NCBI GenBank assembly: GCA_007116075.1
Contig: SKJE01000054.1
Coordinates: 1 to 52,518 of the forward strand
Source: Spirochaetia bacterium
GTDB taxonomy: Bacteria; Spirochaetota; Spirochaetia; PWKH01
Length of the DNA stretch: 52,518 nucleotides
Direction of reading: 5' to 3'
The notes under the pieces are model-generated. The model was not told the origin of the DNA. It worked only from the letters and a program-made list of their open reading frames with translations, and did not search any database. Positions within the stretch are counted from its first letter, which is position 1; the number at the start of each line of letters is the position of its first letter. This document shows, piece after piece, positions 26,000 to 36,573 of the stretch. Position numbers and translations under genes: made by a program.

Positions 26000-27349
26000 C
26001 TATTTTTTTCGCTGTTTCCGTTTTCCCTTCAGTTTCCTCTGGGCCTCAGGAACATCAAGCTCTTTCCTGGGAGCCTGGGATACTGGCTGAGCCTGCGTCT
26101 CCGCAGTTCCGGCTGCTTCCAGGGCAACCTCATGATCTTCCACATAATCCTTACCAAGTTTCTTCGCAAGCTTTTTCTTTGCCCGCTTCATCCATCCGAC
26201 AAGGACAGGAGAAGCTACAAAGATGGAAGAATAGGTACCGACCACAACACCGACGATCAGGTTCAAGGCAAAATCACGGATCATACCGGTACCGAAGATA
26301 AACAGTGCTGTCACAGCCAGCAAAGTGGTCATTGAAGTAATCAAGGTCCTGCTGAGTGACTGGGTGATGCTTGTGTCAACAACTCTGGCAAAGGATGACT
26401 GCTTATGGATAGAAACATTCTCTCGAATCCGGTCAAAGATAACAATGGTATCATTGAGGGAGTAACCGATGATTGTAAGGATAGCCGCTATGGTTGCGGT
26501 ATTCACCTCTATCTGGAATGCCCCGATAAAGGCCAGCATGAACAGAAGGTCATGGGCCAGGGCGGAGATTGAGGAGACCGCAAAACCGAGACGGAACCTG
26601 AACCAGACATATAACAGGATCAGCAGCAGGGCAACAATGGTTAACAGTGCCGACTGCCGCGCAAGAGCCTCTGAGAATCTCGGGCCTACATAGTCCGACT
26701 GCTTCAGCACCATGGTATTAGCCCCGAATTCACCCTCAATAAGTCCTGCAATACGTGCTTCAAGCTGGTCCTTCTGTCCTCCCGTGGTATCCTCCACCCG
26801 GACGAGAAACTCCTGGTTTACAGGATTTCCCATCTGCTGCACCTGTACCGCACCTAAATCTTCGAGTACCCTGCGGATATCCTGAATCTCCACGGCAGCC
26901 GTACCGGTCTGGCGAAAATTAAGATACACCGGATCATCGGTGAGTTCATAGGGAAGACCGAGGCCTGTCACAAGGGTGTCAGCAGCCGCAGTACCGTCAC
27001 CGGTGACCTGGGCCTGCACCCCGGAAAGTTCCTGAATACCGGAAGCCAGCTGCTGCAGGCTTGCGTATTCCCCAGGCGGAAAGGTTCTGGAAACCGTTCC
27101 TTCCGCTTCACGTACTTCAACCCGGACAACACCGCCGCTCACATGCAGCAAGGCCTGGTCGGCACCCGAATAGGTAACCTCCAATCCAACCGGCGCAACC
27201 TGAAACCGCTGGCTCAAGCCAGCCTGAAAGTCGATACCAAGGTTAAACCCGCCCTGGGTTGCCGTAGCTATAAACCCGGCAACAATCAGAAGCGATGTCA
27301 GGGCAATCATATAAAATCGTGCTTTGCTGAAACGAATGATCTTGTTCAT
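26000..27349 (-). CDS. secF: protein translocase subunit SecF (long form with a charged C-terminal tail)
   Basis: SecF TM core (GYSLNDTIVIFDRIREN). ATG at 27349 overlaps the secD stop (TAATG) with RBS TGGAGGG. The track start is TTG at 27361. Confidence 0.9.
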   Translation of the reverse strand: MNKIIRFSKARFYMIALTSLLIVAGFIATATQGGFNLGIDFQAGLSQRFQVAPVGLEVTYSGADQALLHVSGGVVRVEVREAEGTVSRTFPPGEYASLQQLASGIQELSGVQAQVTGDGTAAADTLVTGLGLPYELTDDPVYLNFRQTGTAAVEIQDIRRVLEDLGAVQVQQMGNPVNQEFLVRVEDTTGGQKDQLEARIAGLIEGEFGANTMVLKQSDYVGPRFSEALARQSALLTIVALLLILLYVWFRFRLGFAVSSISALAHDLLFMLAFIGAFQIEVNTATIAAILTIIGYSLNDTIVIFDRIRENVSIHKQSSFARVVDTSITQSLSRTLITSMTTLLAVTALFIFGTGMIRDFALNLIVGVVVGTYSSIFVASPVLVGWMKRAKKKLAKKLGKDYVEDHEVALEAAGTAETQAQPVSQAPRKELDVPEAQRKLKGKRKQRKK

Positions 27350-29085
27350 TACGCCCTCCAACTGATACGAAGCGTCTTGATCTTGAGCTTCTGGACTAAA
27401 AAGTCAAAGATCAAGCGGGATACAAAGAGTGCACAGAACATGGAGGTAACAATTCCTACCGCCAGGGTATTAGCAAATCCCTGAATCGGTCCGGTTCCCA
27501 GCTGGGAAAGCACCAGCGCGGCTATGAAGGTTGTAATATTTGCATCCATGATCGTCCAGAATGCCTTGCGGAATCCTGCGGAAACTGCAGCCTCCGGGCT
27601 CTTCCCAAGACGATACTCCTCTTTGATACGCTCAAAGATGATGACATTTGCATCGACGGCAATACCTACCGTAAGGATAAGTCCGGCAATACTGGTCAAG
27701 GTCAGGGTCAGGTTGAAGGCTGAAAGTACCGAAATCAGGATCAGCAGGTTCAATACCAGAGCAAAGTCTGCAATGACACCTGCCCTCCTGTAATAGATCG
27801 CCATAAATATGAGCACCAGGGCAAACCCGACGGCAATAGCCCTCAGTCCCTGTCGTACTGAATCTTCACCCAGTGATGCACCGACAGCCTGCTGGTTTAT
27901 CACCTCAAGCTCTATAGGCAGTGCAGCGGTTCTCAGCACAATTGCCAGGTCCCTCGCTTCATCTTGATCAAATCCACGTATCTGGACATTTTCCCGGATC
28001 GGCTCTGAAATCGTCGCCATGGAGCGGACCCGGTCATCCATAACGACAGCCATGGTCTCGTTCACATTGTTCGATGTAAGGGAATAAAACCGCTCCCCAC
28101 CTTCAACGGTAAGCCGAAAGTTCACAACCGGCCGCCCGGTCAGGGGATCTTCTCCCACCGTGGCCTCTTCTATATAGATACCGTCCAGGCCAATTTCATC
28201 CCGGACGACAACAAAACGCTGGAGTTCATCAATACCGTATGCATCCCTAGTATAGTACCCAAAGACTTTAAACCCTGAATCTACAAAATCTGGAGTCCTG
28301 ACCCGCCCGTCGGGAGTATACATCTCTCCCGGATTCTGGGCAAAGTACTGGGCAAGCTCTTCACTTTGCTCACGGTTTACGATCCTGAAATTCAGGGATC
28401 CCCGACCCATGAGAAAGGTATTGACCCGCTCCGGATCGGCAGCTCCGGCGATTTCCACCGCGATCTGGGTATCTCCCTGGCGACGAATCATCGGTTCTGA
28501 TATACCGAACCGGTCAATTCGGTTGTTGAGAATCTCAATACTCTGCTGAACCGCCTCGTCAATCTCAGCTGAGCCCGGACTGCGCTGGTGTCGCTGTATA
28601 TAGTTCTCCTCGAAGGATTCGGTATCCGCCTCAAGCAGGATACTCAATCCACCGGAAAGGTCCAGTCCAAGCTGCAGTACCTGCTCGCTGTTGCTCTTCA
28701 GGTTCAGGAGACTTGAACGGTAGTACTGTTCAATTGCCTGGAAAAAGGCCTGCTCGTCAGGGTAAGCCCTCATGACCTCAGTAACCGTCCAGCTCCTCGG
28801 CACATCACGACCGCTGTTGCGGTACTGATCCCTTGCAAGGGAAGTGAGGTAACTCATTGTTTCGGGAATCTGCGCTCCCGAATCCTCTTCTACTAAGCCC
28901 GTCAACAGGGCAAGATCTCTTGTAGCCTGCCCTCTGGCATATTCTCTGATTTGCTCCCGGGACCCCGTTACGAGATCCTTGGTTTCCTGGGGTACTCCAA
29001 CATACCACTGGATCGTAGGATACAGAAAGACCCCACAGACCACCAGCACAAGAAGCACGATGAACAAACGCCCACGTTTTGACAT
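27349..29085 (-). CDS. secD: protein translocase subunit SecD
   Basis: 578 aa with a large periplasmic domain, then the SecD TM core (LGLDLSGG, GIAVDANVIIFERIKEE). Confidence 0.9.
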   Translation of the reverse strand: MSKRGRLFIVLLVLVVCGVFLYPTIQWYVGVPQETKDLVTGSREQIREYARGQATRDLALLTGLVEEDSGAQIPETMSYLTSLARDQYRNSGRDVPRSWTVTEVMRAYPDEQAFFQAIEQYYRSSLLNLKSNSEQVLQLGLDLSGGLSILLEADTESFEENYIQRHQRSPGSAEIDEAVQQSIEILNNRIDRFGISEPMIRRQGDTQIAVEIAGAADPERVNTFLMGRGSLNFRIVNREQSEELAQYFAQNPGEMYTPDGRVRTPDFVDSGFKVFGYYTRDAYGIDELQRFVVVRDEIGLDGIYIEEATVGEDPLTGRPVVNFRLTVEGGERFYSLTSNNVNETMAVVMDDRVRSMATISEPIRENVQIRGFDQDEARDLAIVLRTAALPIELEVINQQAVGASLGEDSVRQGLRAIAVGFALVLIFMAIYYRRAGVIADFALVLNLLILISVLSAFNLTLTLTSIAGLILTVGIAVDANVIIFERIKEEYRLGKSPEAAVSAGFRKAFWTIMDANITTFIAALVLSQLGTGPIQGFANTLAVGIVTSMFCALFVSRLIFDFLVQKLKIKTLRISWRA

Positions 29086-29120
29086 ACTTCTACTCCAACT
29101 CTGAGATTAAGGTTAATACG

Positions 29121-29612
29121 TTACTGCTGCTTCGTCTCGTCTTCCTCCGGCTGGTCTTCCGCCGGTTCTTCCTGGACAGGTTCAGCCTTCTGGGCCTTCC
29201 CCTTGGACGTACTCTGCTTCTTTCCACCTGTTTTCTTGGCGGCTGTCTTCTGAGGCTCCTGCTTCGTCTCAGGTTCACCCTGGGACTGGGCATTGAGCAC
29301 ACTCGCAATAGCCCCTTTTGAGAACTCTATCTTGGTAGTGTCGTCAACCTTTACCACGATAGTTGCTTCACGTACCGATAATACCGTACCGCGAATCCCA
29401 CCGATGGAAACAACCTTGTCTCCTTTTTTCAGGGCACTGAGCATCTCTTTGGTCTGACGCTCCTTTTTCTTCTGCGGCCGAATAATCAGAAAATAAAAAA
29501 TCGCAATAATCAGACCAAATGTAATGAAGGTCGTGACCATAGATCCTGCCTGCCCGCCGCCTCCGGCTGGAGCGGCCATAAGTACAGGCAACGCCGTTAA
29601 CTGGGATATCAT
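29121..29612 (-). CDS. yajC: preprotein translocase subunit YajC with a ~65-aa K/E/Q/P-rich C-terminal extension
   Basis: YajC core (FGLIIAIFYFLIIRPQKKKERQ...LKKGDKVVSIGGIRGTV), followed by the low-complexity tail QSQGEPETKQEPQKTAAKKTGGKKQSTSKGKAQKAEPVQEEPAEDQPEEDETKQQ. Confidence 0.85.
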   Translation of the reverse strand: MISQLTALPVLMAAPAGGGGQAGSMVTTFITFGLIIAIFYFLIIRPQKKKERQTKEMLSALKKGDKVVSIGGIRGTVLSVREATIVVKVDDTTKIEFSKGAIASVLNAQSQGEPETKQEPQKTAAKKTGGKKQSTSKGKAQKAEPVQEEPAEDQPEEDETKQQ

Positions 29613-29656
29613 ACAGTTTTACTCCTCGCACATGTATGCTAAATAATGTATCGTGA

Positions 29657-29685
29657 AAAGTACCATGTTAAGAAGGTGTAGTCAA
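29657..29685 (-). promoter_or_regulatory. candidate promoter of yajC-secDF
   Basis: Minus strand: TTGACT (29685-29680), 17 nt, TACTTT (29662-29657), about 45 nt upstream of the yajC ATG. Confidence 0.4.
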
Positions 29686-29704
29686 GGATACTAAACTTAC
29701 AGCA

Positions 29705-30004
29705 CTACACCCGGATGACCGTATTAATCTCTTCTGGTACGGCGGAAATGCCAAGCAGCCGCTTCATCTCATCCGTTCCGGTAATCCCCGCACCGGTCAA
29801 TTCGTTATACGCGGAGATCACCAACTGCATATCGGGTTCACTCTGGTCATACATCGCCGCCGAACAGGCGGAGCGAAACAGCCCTTTTTCCAGCAGCTGC
29901 CGGGATGAAAGCTTTCCATAGGCCTTTTTTGCCCTGCTGTCCACCACGGCCGCATTTCCCTGGTATCCGACGCACCAAATAAAATCTTCTCTTCGAAGCA
30001 TCAT
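29705..30004 (-). CDS. hypothetical protein (99 aa)
   Basis: ORF with RBS AAGGA and an 11-nt gap to the upstream gene. I recognise no motif. Coding status rests on ORF length and operon packing. Confidence 0.5.
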   Translation of the reverse strand: MMLRREDFIWCVGYQGNAAVVDSRAKKAYGKLSSRQLLEKGLFRSACSAAMYDQSEPDMQLVISAYNELTGAGITGTDEMKRLLGISAVPEEINTVIRV

Positions 30005-30015
30005 TCCATCCTTAC

Positions 30016-30804
30016 CTAACGAAGTTTCATCTGCAGGTTCACCCCTAACGCAAAGGAGCGGTCAGCCCCGTCAAGCAGGTCAAGCCCGGCAATATCTGCT
30101 GAAATACGCAGTTGTTCCCCCAATCCGATAGGATTGAGCCGGAGTCCTGCATTGATAATCCCCCGATCAGGGTCAGTTCCGCTGGCATCATTACTGTAGG
30201 AGACATTTCCTACATCAAACACAAGACTTACGTACTCCTTTAATACCGAAGGAAAGAGCAGGGTATCAAAGCCGACAGAGAAATCTATATCAAATTTCAT
30301 ATCTTTTTGAAAGGTATAGCCGATGAGCACCGTAGTGAGCGCCGACTGATCAAAGAAAGAGCTCTTGAACGTTGAGGTCAGATACGCCTGGGCTGCCCAT
30401 TCTGTCTCGTTCCCGATATCAAGTGACTGACCCAGCAATCCAACGGCGATCATGGTGTTTCCGGTGTCCAGAAATCTCCACTTAGCTCCTGTCAGCACGT
30501 CAAAGGTTCCTTCAAAGGTATCAAGGGCAATCGTTGTCTCAAAGTTGCGAAACAGTGCAAAATTCACGTAGGGCACATGGGCAAGCTTTCCCTTTGTAGC
30601 AATCATAGTATACCCGGTGGAAAGAGCGAACTCGCTGTCGTCCCAGAAGAGGTCAGCACTGGGCGTTACAATGTGTCCGGTAGTTCCACTGATGGTCGTT
30701 CCATGAATTCCCTGTTCACCTGCCACCATTGATATATTCCCGAAAACCGAGAAAACCCCGCAGATCAATATGATCACGGTCACGATTACTGTTCTTCTGT
30801 TCAT
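30016..30804 (-). CDS. exported beta-strand-rich protein, possible outer-membrane beta-barrel
   Basis: Signal-peptide-like N-terminus (MNRRTVIVTVIILICGVFSVFG), then alternating hydrophobic/polar strands through to the C-terminus. Start at ATG 30804 (RBS GGAGGA). The longer track ORF would overlap the groEL terminator. Confidence 0.5.
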   Translation of the reverse strand: MNRRTVIVTVIILICGVFSVFGNISMVAGEQGIHGTTISGTTGHIVTPSADLFWDDSEFALSTGYTMIATKGKLAHVPYVNFALFRNFETTIALDTFEGTFDVLTGAKWRFLDTGNTMIAVGLLGQSLDIGNETEWAAQAYLTSTFKSSFFDQSALTTVLIGYTFQKDMKFDIDFSVGFDTLLFPSVLKEYVSLVFDVGNVSYSNDASGTDPDRGIINAGLRLNPIGLGEQLRISADIAGLDLLDGADRSFALGVNLQMKLR

Positions 30805-30866
30805 AACGCTTAATCCTCCATTACTCATAGTATAATGAAGCTTTCCATTGTTGACAACGCACAAAA

Positions 30867-30891
30867 ATACCCGGGAATACATCCCGGGTAT
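30867..30891 (-). terminator. intrinsic terminator of groEL
   Basis: 10-bp stem ATACCCGGGA / TCCCGGGTAT with a 5-nt loop, followed on the minus strand by TTTTGT. Lies 21 nt after the groEL stop. Confidence 0.7.
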
Positions 30892-30911
30892 TTATTATGC
30901 AGAGTATGGGC

Positions 30912-32591
<1,680 letters not shown>

Positions 32592-32689
32592 TTAATGTTA
32601 ACTGACAAATATGTGAGAATACTGCATATGTCACAAAGTAAAGATACAAATTTTTTGTCCCATCATCAATATAAAACTTAAAAAATTTT

Positions 32690-33268
32690 TTATTCCCCAG
32701 GATTTCCCCTCAGACCAAGCTCATCCGCAGCCTCACCCATGCCTGTGATAGTCCAGGTGATCACCTCATTGAGCTCCATCCCGAGCATCTGTGCTCCCTT
32801 TTCTATGATTGAACGGTCTACCCCTGCTGAAAAGGCCTTGGTATTCCATTTCTTCTTTACCGATTTCGCCTTCATATCCAGGATGCTTTTCGATGGACGG
32901 ACAAGAGCACTGGCCGACACCAGTCCTGTCAGCTCATCTACGGTAAACAGGGTCTTCTCAAGCCGAGTCTCCGGCTTCACATCCGTACAGATTGACCACC
33001 CGTGACTCAGCACCGCCCTTATATACTCCTCCGGCCAGCCGGCACCCTGCAGGATCTCTCGGGCATGCTGCAGATGCTCATCCGGATACTGCTCGTAGTC
33101 AATATCATGGCAGAGTCCGATTACCCGCCAGGGCTGTTCATCCTCACCGAACTGCCTGGCGAAATACCCCATAGCCGCCTCAACCGCCAGGGCGTGGCGT
33201 ATCAACTGCTGGGACTGCACATGCTTCTGGAGCAGTTCCCATGCTGAAATGCGGTCAATAATCTGCAT
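32690..33268 (-). CDS. HD-domain phosphohydrolase
   Basis: H...HD metal motif (IRHALAVE ... GLCHDIDYE). Start at ATG 33268 because GAAGGAGG lies 5 nt upstream. The track ORF starts at 33304. Confidence 0.7.
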   Translation of the reverse strand: MQIIDRISAWELLQKHVQSQQLIRHALAVEAAMGYFARQFGEDEQPWRVIGLCHDIDYEQYPDEHLQHAREILQGAGWPEEYIRAVLSHGWSICTDVKPETRLEKTLFTVDELTGLVSASALVRPSKSILDMKAKSVKKKWNTKAFSAGVDRSIIEKGAQMLGMELNEVITWTITGMGEAADELGLRGNPGE

Positions 33269-33327
33269 CTGTACCTCCTTCAAGATCGGCTGCATCAGCC
33301 CCATGCTGACACTATACGGAAATTCGG

Positions 33328-34134
33328 CTAAGAATCCAAGTCATCATCGCTTATTCGAAGAATCTCCCCGGAATAGAGGTGCTCCACCCCATGGGAAGAC
33401 TCAAGCATCAGTGCCCCGTCTGAAGCAATTCCAGTTATCCTGCCCTGAATAACCCCTCGCTTCCCCCCGGTCATGAAATCAATTGTCCGACCAATACCGT
33501 AGAGATGCTCTTCAGTCATGGAAGGGGTACGTTCATGGAGAGCAGTGCTCAGGGCCCTGCTCACCTCCCGGGCAAGCTGATCCAGGTCATAGGTTGTATT
33601 GGTAATCTCCTCCAGGCAGACCGGAGGCCTGCGCATCCCATCTGGAAAGCGCTGTCTGTGTACATTCAACCCAATCCCGATCAGGACGCTTCGGGATTTT
33701 CCCTCGCAGAGCACTCCGCAGAGTTTACGTTCCCCGTAGAGCAGATCATTAGGCCACTTCACCTTCAGCATCCCTCCGGCTCCGCGGGAATGAAGCACCC
33801 CTTTGAGTGCCGTCCCTGCGGCGAGGGGAATGAGCTGCAGAGGCAAAGACACCTCTTCAGACGGAAAGACCCAAGTACACAGGAGATGCTTCCCCGGGTC
33901 GTCAACCCAGATTCTCCCCGCAGTACGTCCCCGGCCGCTGCGCTGGGTATCACTGCGCAGGGCAAGAGAGATCCCAGTATGCCCTCTGGAGATCAGGAAT
34001 GCGCTCTCCATAGTGGAGCCGCAGCTAGGTGTATAGTAATGGTCCACCCTAGCGCCTGCTCCTGCAGGACAGCTGCCCCGGGTGTATATGATGTCCACAG
34101 GCACCTCCTGTACGTTGTTCTGAAGTTTTTTCAC
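33328..34134 (-). CDS. birA: biotin--[acetyl-CoA-carboxylase] ligase (group I, no HTH)
   Basis: GRGRTAGRIW and KWPNDLL motifs. Apparent GTG start at 34134. Start is uncertain. Confidence 0.8.
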   Translation of the reverse strand: MKKLQNNVQEVPVDIIYTRGSCPAGAGARVDHYYTPSCGSTMESAFLISRGHTGISLALRSDTQRSGRGRTAGRIWVDDPGKHLLCTWVFPSEEVSLPLQLIPLAAGTALKGVLHSRGAGGMLKVKWPNDLLYGERKLCGVLCEGKSRSVLIGIGLNVHRQRFPDGMRRPPVCLEEITNTTYDLDQLAREVSRALSTALHERTPSMTEEHLYGIGRTIDFMTGGKRGVIQGRITGIASDGALMLESSHGVEHLYSGEILRISDDDLDS

Positions 34135-34187
34135 CGATTTGCTCTTGCTTTATCATGCCGATAATCGTATGTTTATACAACACTGAA

Positions 34188-34201
34188 AGTATAAATATGC
34201 A
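34188..34201. promoter_or_regulatory. ARG-box-like site in the birA/argR divergent region
   Basis: AGTATAAATATGCA matches the TGnATwwwwATnCA core at 13 of the 14 pattern positions (12 of the 12 specified). It lies 20-33 nt upstream of the argR ATG. Confidence 0.25.
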
Positions 34202-34220
34202 TATATTTGGAGGGCGTAGC

Positions 34221-34691
34221 ATGAGGGAACGCCAAAGCAGACTCAGCAAAATCAAGGAACTGATAAAAAATAACCGCATCGACAGCCAGGAGATTCTTCT
34301 TGAGTACCTTTCCCGTGCAGGGTTTGTGGTGACCCAGGCTACACTTTCCCGGGACTTGAAGATGCTCAAGGTAGGCAAGATCTCCGACGGCTGGTCCGGA
34401 TACTATTACGCCCTGCCGGAGAAGGAGCTGATCTCGGAGTCCGAGAAAAGCTATATCCAGGATGTACGCCGGGGGGTCATCTCCATCGAATTCAGCAGCA
34501 ACATCGGGGTCATTAAAACCAGGCAGGGCCATGCGGACAGTGTAGCCCTTGCCCTCGATATTCTTGCCATTCCGGAGATTCTCGGCTCGGTAGCCGGAGA
34601 TGATACGATTTTCATCATCCTCCGGGAGGGTATGACCAAGGAAGACCTGATTGAAAGCTTCCGTAAGAGAATTCCCGAAGTAGAAACCTGA
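34221..34691 (+). CDS. argR: arginine repressor ArgR
   Basis: N-terminal wHTH (RQSRLSKIKELIKNNRIDSQEILLEYLSRAGFVVTQATLSRDLKMLK) and a C-terminal oligomerisation/arginine domain (GSVAGDDTIFI). ATG at 34221 with RBS GGAGGG. Confidence 0.9.
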   Translation: MRERQSRLSKIKELIKNNRIDSQEILLEYLSRAGFVVTQATLSRDLKMLKVGKISDGWSGYYYALPEKELISESEKSYIQDVRRGVISIEFSSNIGVIKTRQGHADSVALALDILAIPEILGSVAGDDTIFIILREGMTKEDLIESFRKRIPEVET

Positions 34692-34751
34692 TCATCGTTG
34701 TTGACACGTCCCTCCCGGTACTGCATAACTACAAGTACAGGAGGAACAGGA

Positions 34752-36335
34752 ATGAGTACAACATACCGCAATCTGCACGAAACCCGGCATTTCAAGCTGC
34801 TCAAGGAGCAGCGGATCCCGTCCCTGCGTGAGCTGCTCTCACCGGAACGTATTAAGGGCGCTTCAGTCCCCATGGCTGCCGGATTAACCTACCACTACAG
34901 TGCTATCCCTGTGGATCACACCCAGCTTGGTCTCCTCCAGGGGCTTGCTGACGAGATGGAGGTAACCTCATCCTACCAGCAGCTGCTGGACGGGGAGATC
35001 ATGAATACCGGGGAGTCGAGAATGGTACTCCACCATCTTACCCGGGGCCAGCTCGGGAAAGATATCTACGAGGACGGAGTACTGAAGAAGGAATTCTACC
35101 AGCAGCAGCTCTCCCGAATCCAGGATTTTGCCAGGAAAGTCCATAACGGTACCATCTGCGGTTCAACAGGAAAACCCTTTGATACGGTGGTGCAGATCGG
35201 TATTGGAGGATCGGACCTCGGACCCCGGGCGCTCTATCTTTCCCTCCGGGGATACGCCGCCAGCGAAGGCCGCACCCCGGCGATGCGAGCCCAGTTCATT
35301 TCCAATGTAGATCCTGACGATGCTGCTCAGGTCCTCGAAGACATAGACTGCGAAAAAACACTCTTCATCCTCGTCTCCAAGAGCGGCACAACCCAGGAAA
35401 CCCTCACCAACCGGGAGCTGGTGTTCCACCACATAGAGCAGGCTCATATTCCCGGTCTGGACCCCGCTGCCCACATGGTAGCTGTCACCAGCAGGACCAG
35501 TCCCCTGGCACAGGATTCCCGGGTTCTTGACGCCTTCTACATCGACGACTACATCGGCGGCAGATACTCTTCCACCAGTGCCGTGGGCACACTGGTGCTC
35601 AGCCTCGCCTACGGGGCTGAACTGGTCCTGGATATCCTTGCCGGTGCCCATGAGGCGGATGCCCTCGCGCTGGAACAGGATATCACCAAAAATGCGGCCC
35701 TGCTGGATGCACTCATCGGGGTCTACCTCCGCTCTGTAAGAGGATACCCGACCACTGCAGTGCTTCCCTATTCCCAGGCACTGAGCAGGTTTGCCGCCCA
35801 TCTGCAGCAGCTCGACATGGAGAGCAACGGTAAATCGGTAAACCGCTTTGGGGAGACGGTACCCTACCCCACCGGTCCGGTCATTTTCGGTGAACCGGGC
35901 ACCAACGGGCAGCACTCATTCTACCAGCTGCTGCACCAGGGGACCGATATCATTCCGCTTCAATTTATTGGATTCAGGCAGAGCCAGTACCGCCGGGACC
36001 TGAAAACCGACGGATCCACAAGCCAGCAGAAACTACAGGCAAACCTTGCCGCCCAGATTACTGCCTTCGCTTTGGGCAGGAGCAGCGAACAGCCGAATAA
36101 GCATTTTCCCGGAGAACGTCCGTCAAGTCTTATTATTGGACAGCAGCTCACTCCCCGTTCACTGGGAGCCCTGCTTGCCCACTTTGAGAATAAGGTGATG
36201 TTTCAGGGATTTCTCTGGAATCTGAATTCCTTTGACCAGGAGGGAGTGCAGCTGGGAAAAGTGCTCTCCCAGCAGCTGCTGGAGGGATCCAGTCCCGACC
36301 CCGTTCTCAAGGCCTTCTACGACCTGCTGGTATAG
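34752..36335 (+). CDS. pgi: glucose-6-phosphate isomerase
   Basis: PGI signature DDYIGGRYSSTSAVG, plus the VSKSGTTQET block. ATG at 34752 is preceded by AGGAGG. The track start at 34698 is a non-ATG extension. Confidence 0.9.
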   Translation: MSTTYRNLHETRHFKLLKEQRIPSLRELLSPERIKGASVPMAAGLTYHYSAIPVDHTQLGLLQGLADEMEVTSSYQQLLDGEIMNTGESRMVLHHLTRGQLGKDIYEDGVLKKEFYQQQLSRIQDFARKVHNGTICGSTGKPFDTVVQIGIGGSDLGPRALYLSLRGYAASEGRTPAMRAQFISNVDPDDAAQVLEDIDCEKTLFILVSKSGTTQETLTNRELVFHHIEQAHIPGLDPAAHMVAVTSRTSPLAQDSRVLDAFYIDDYIGGRYSSTSAVGTLVLSLAYGAELVLDILAGAHEADALALEQDITKNAALLDALIGVYLRSVRGYPTTAVLPYSQALSRFAAHLQQLDMESNGKSVNRFGETVPYPTGPVIFGEPGTNGQHSFYQLLHQGTDIIPLQFIGFRQSQYRRDLKTDGSTSQQKLQANLAAQITAFALGRSSEQPNKHFPGERPSSLIIGQQLTPRSLGALLAHFENKVMFQGFLWNLNSFDQEGVQLGKVLSQQLLEGSSPDPVLKAFYDLLV

Positions 36336-36357
36336 CGACGAGGGCACAAAAAAAAAT

Positions 36358-36393
36358 CCCCCCAGGGAAAAGGAGGTATAAAACCCTGGGGGG
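36358..36393. terminator. strong hairpin between convergent pgi and pfk (minus-strand intrinsic terminator; may also stop pgi transcripts)
   Basis: 10-bp stem CCCCCCAGGG / CCCTGGGGGG with a 16-nt loop. The plus-strand A9 run at 36348-36356 gives a U9 tail on the minus strand. Confidence 0.65.
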
Positions 36394-36573
36394 TAACATC
36401 AAAAGGAGGTCGATGAAAAAAAGTCTCTTTCTTTCAATATCCTAAACATCAGGCATATTAAAAGGTTACAAAACGTTTTTTTCACGTACTGCTTCATGCA
36501 GTATTGTTTGTATCTGCAATATACAAAAAAACCTAGGAAAGAATCAAGTGGTATCGATTACATTTTTTAAGTT

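Noticed and set aside
29079-29321. Overlapping ORFs on both strands (29079-29321 +, 29090-29308 -)
   Set aside because: They fall within the low-complexity K/E/Q-rich 3' end of yajC. Biased composition keeps alternative frames open. There is no independent evidence for them.
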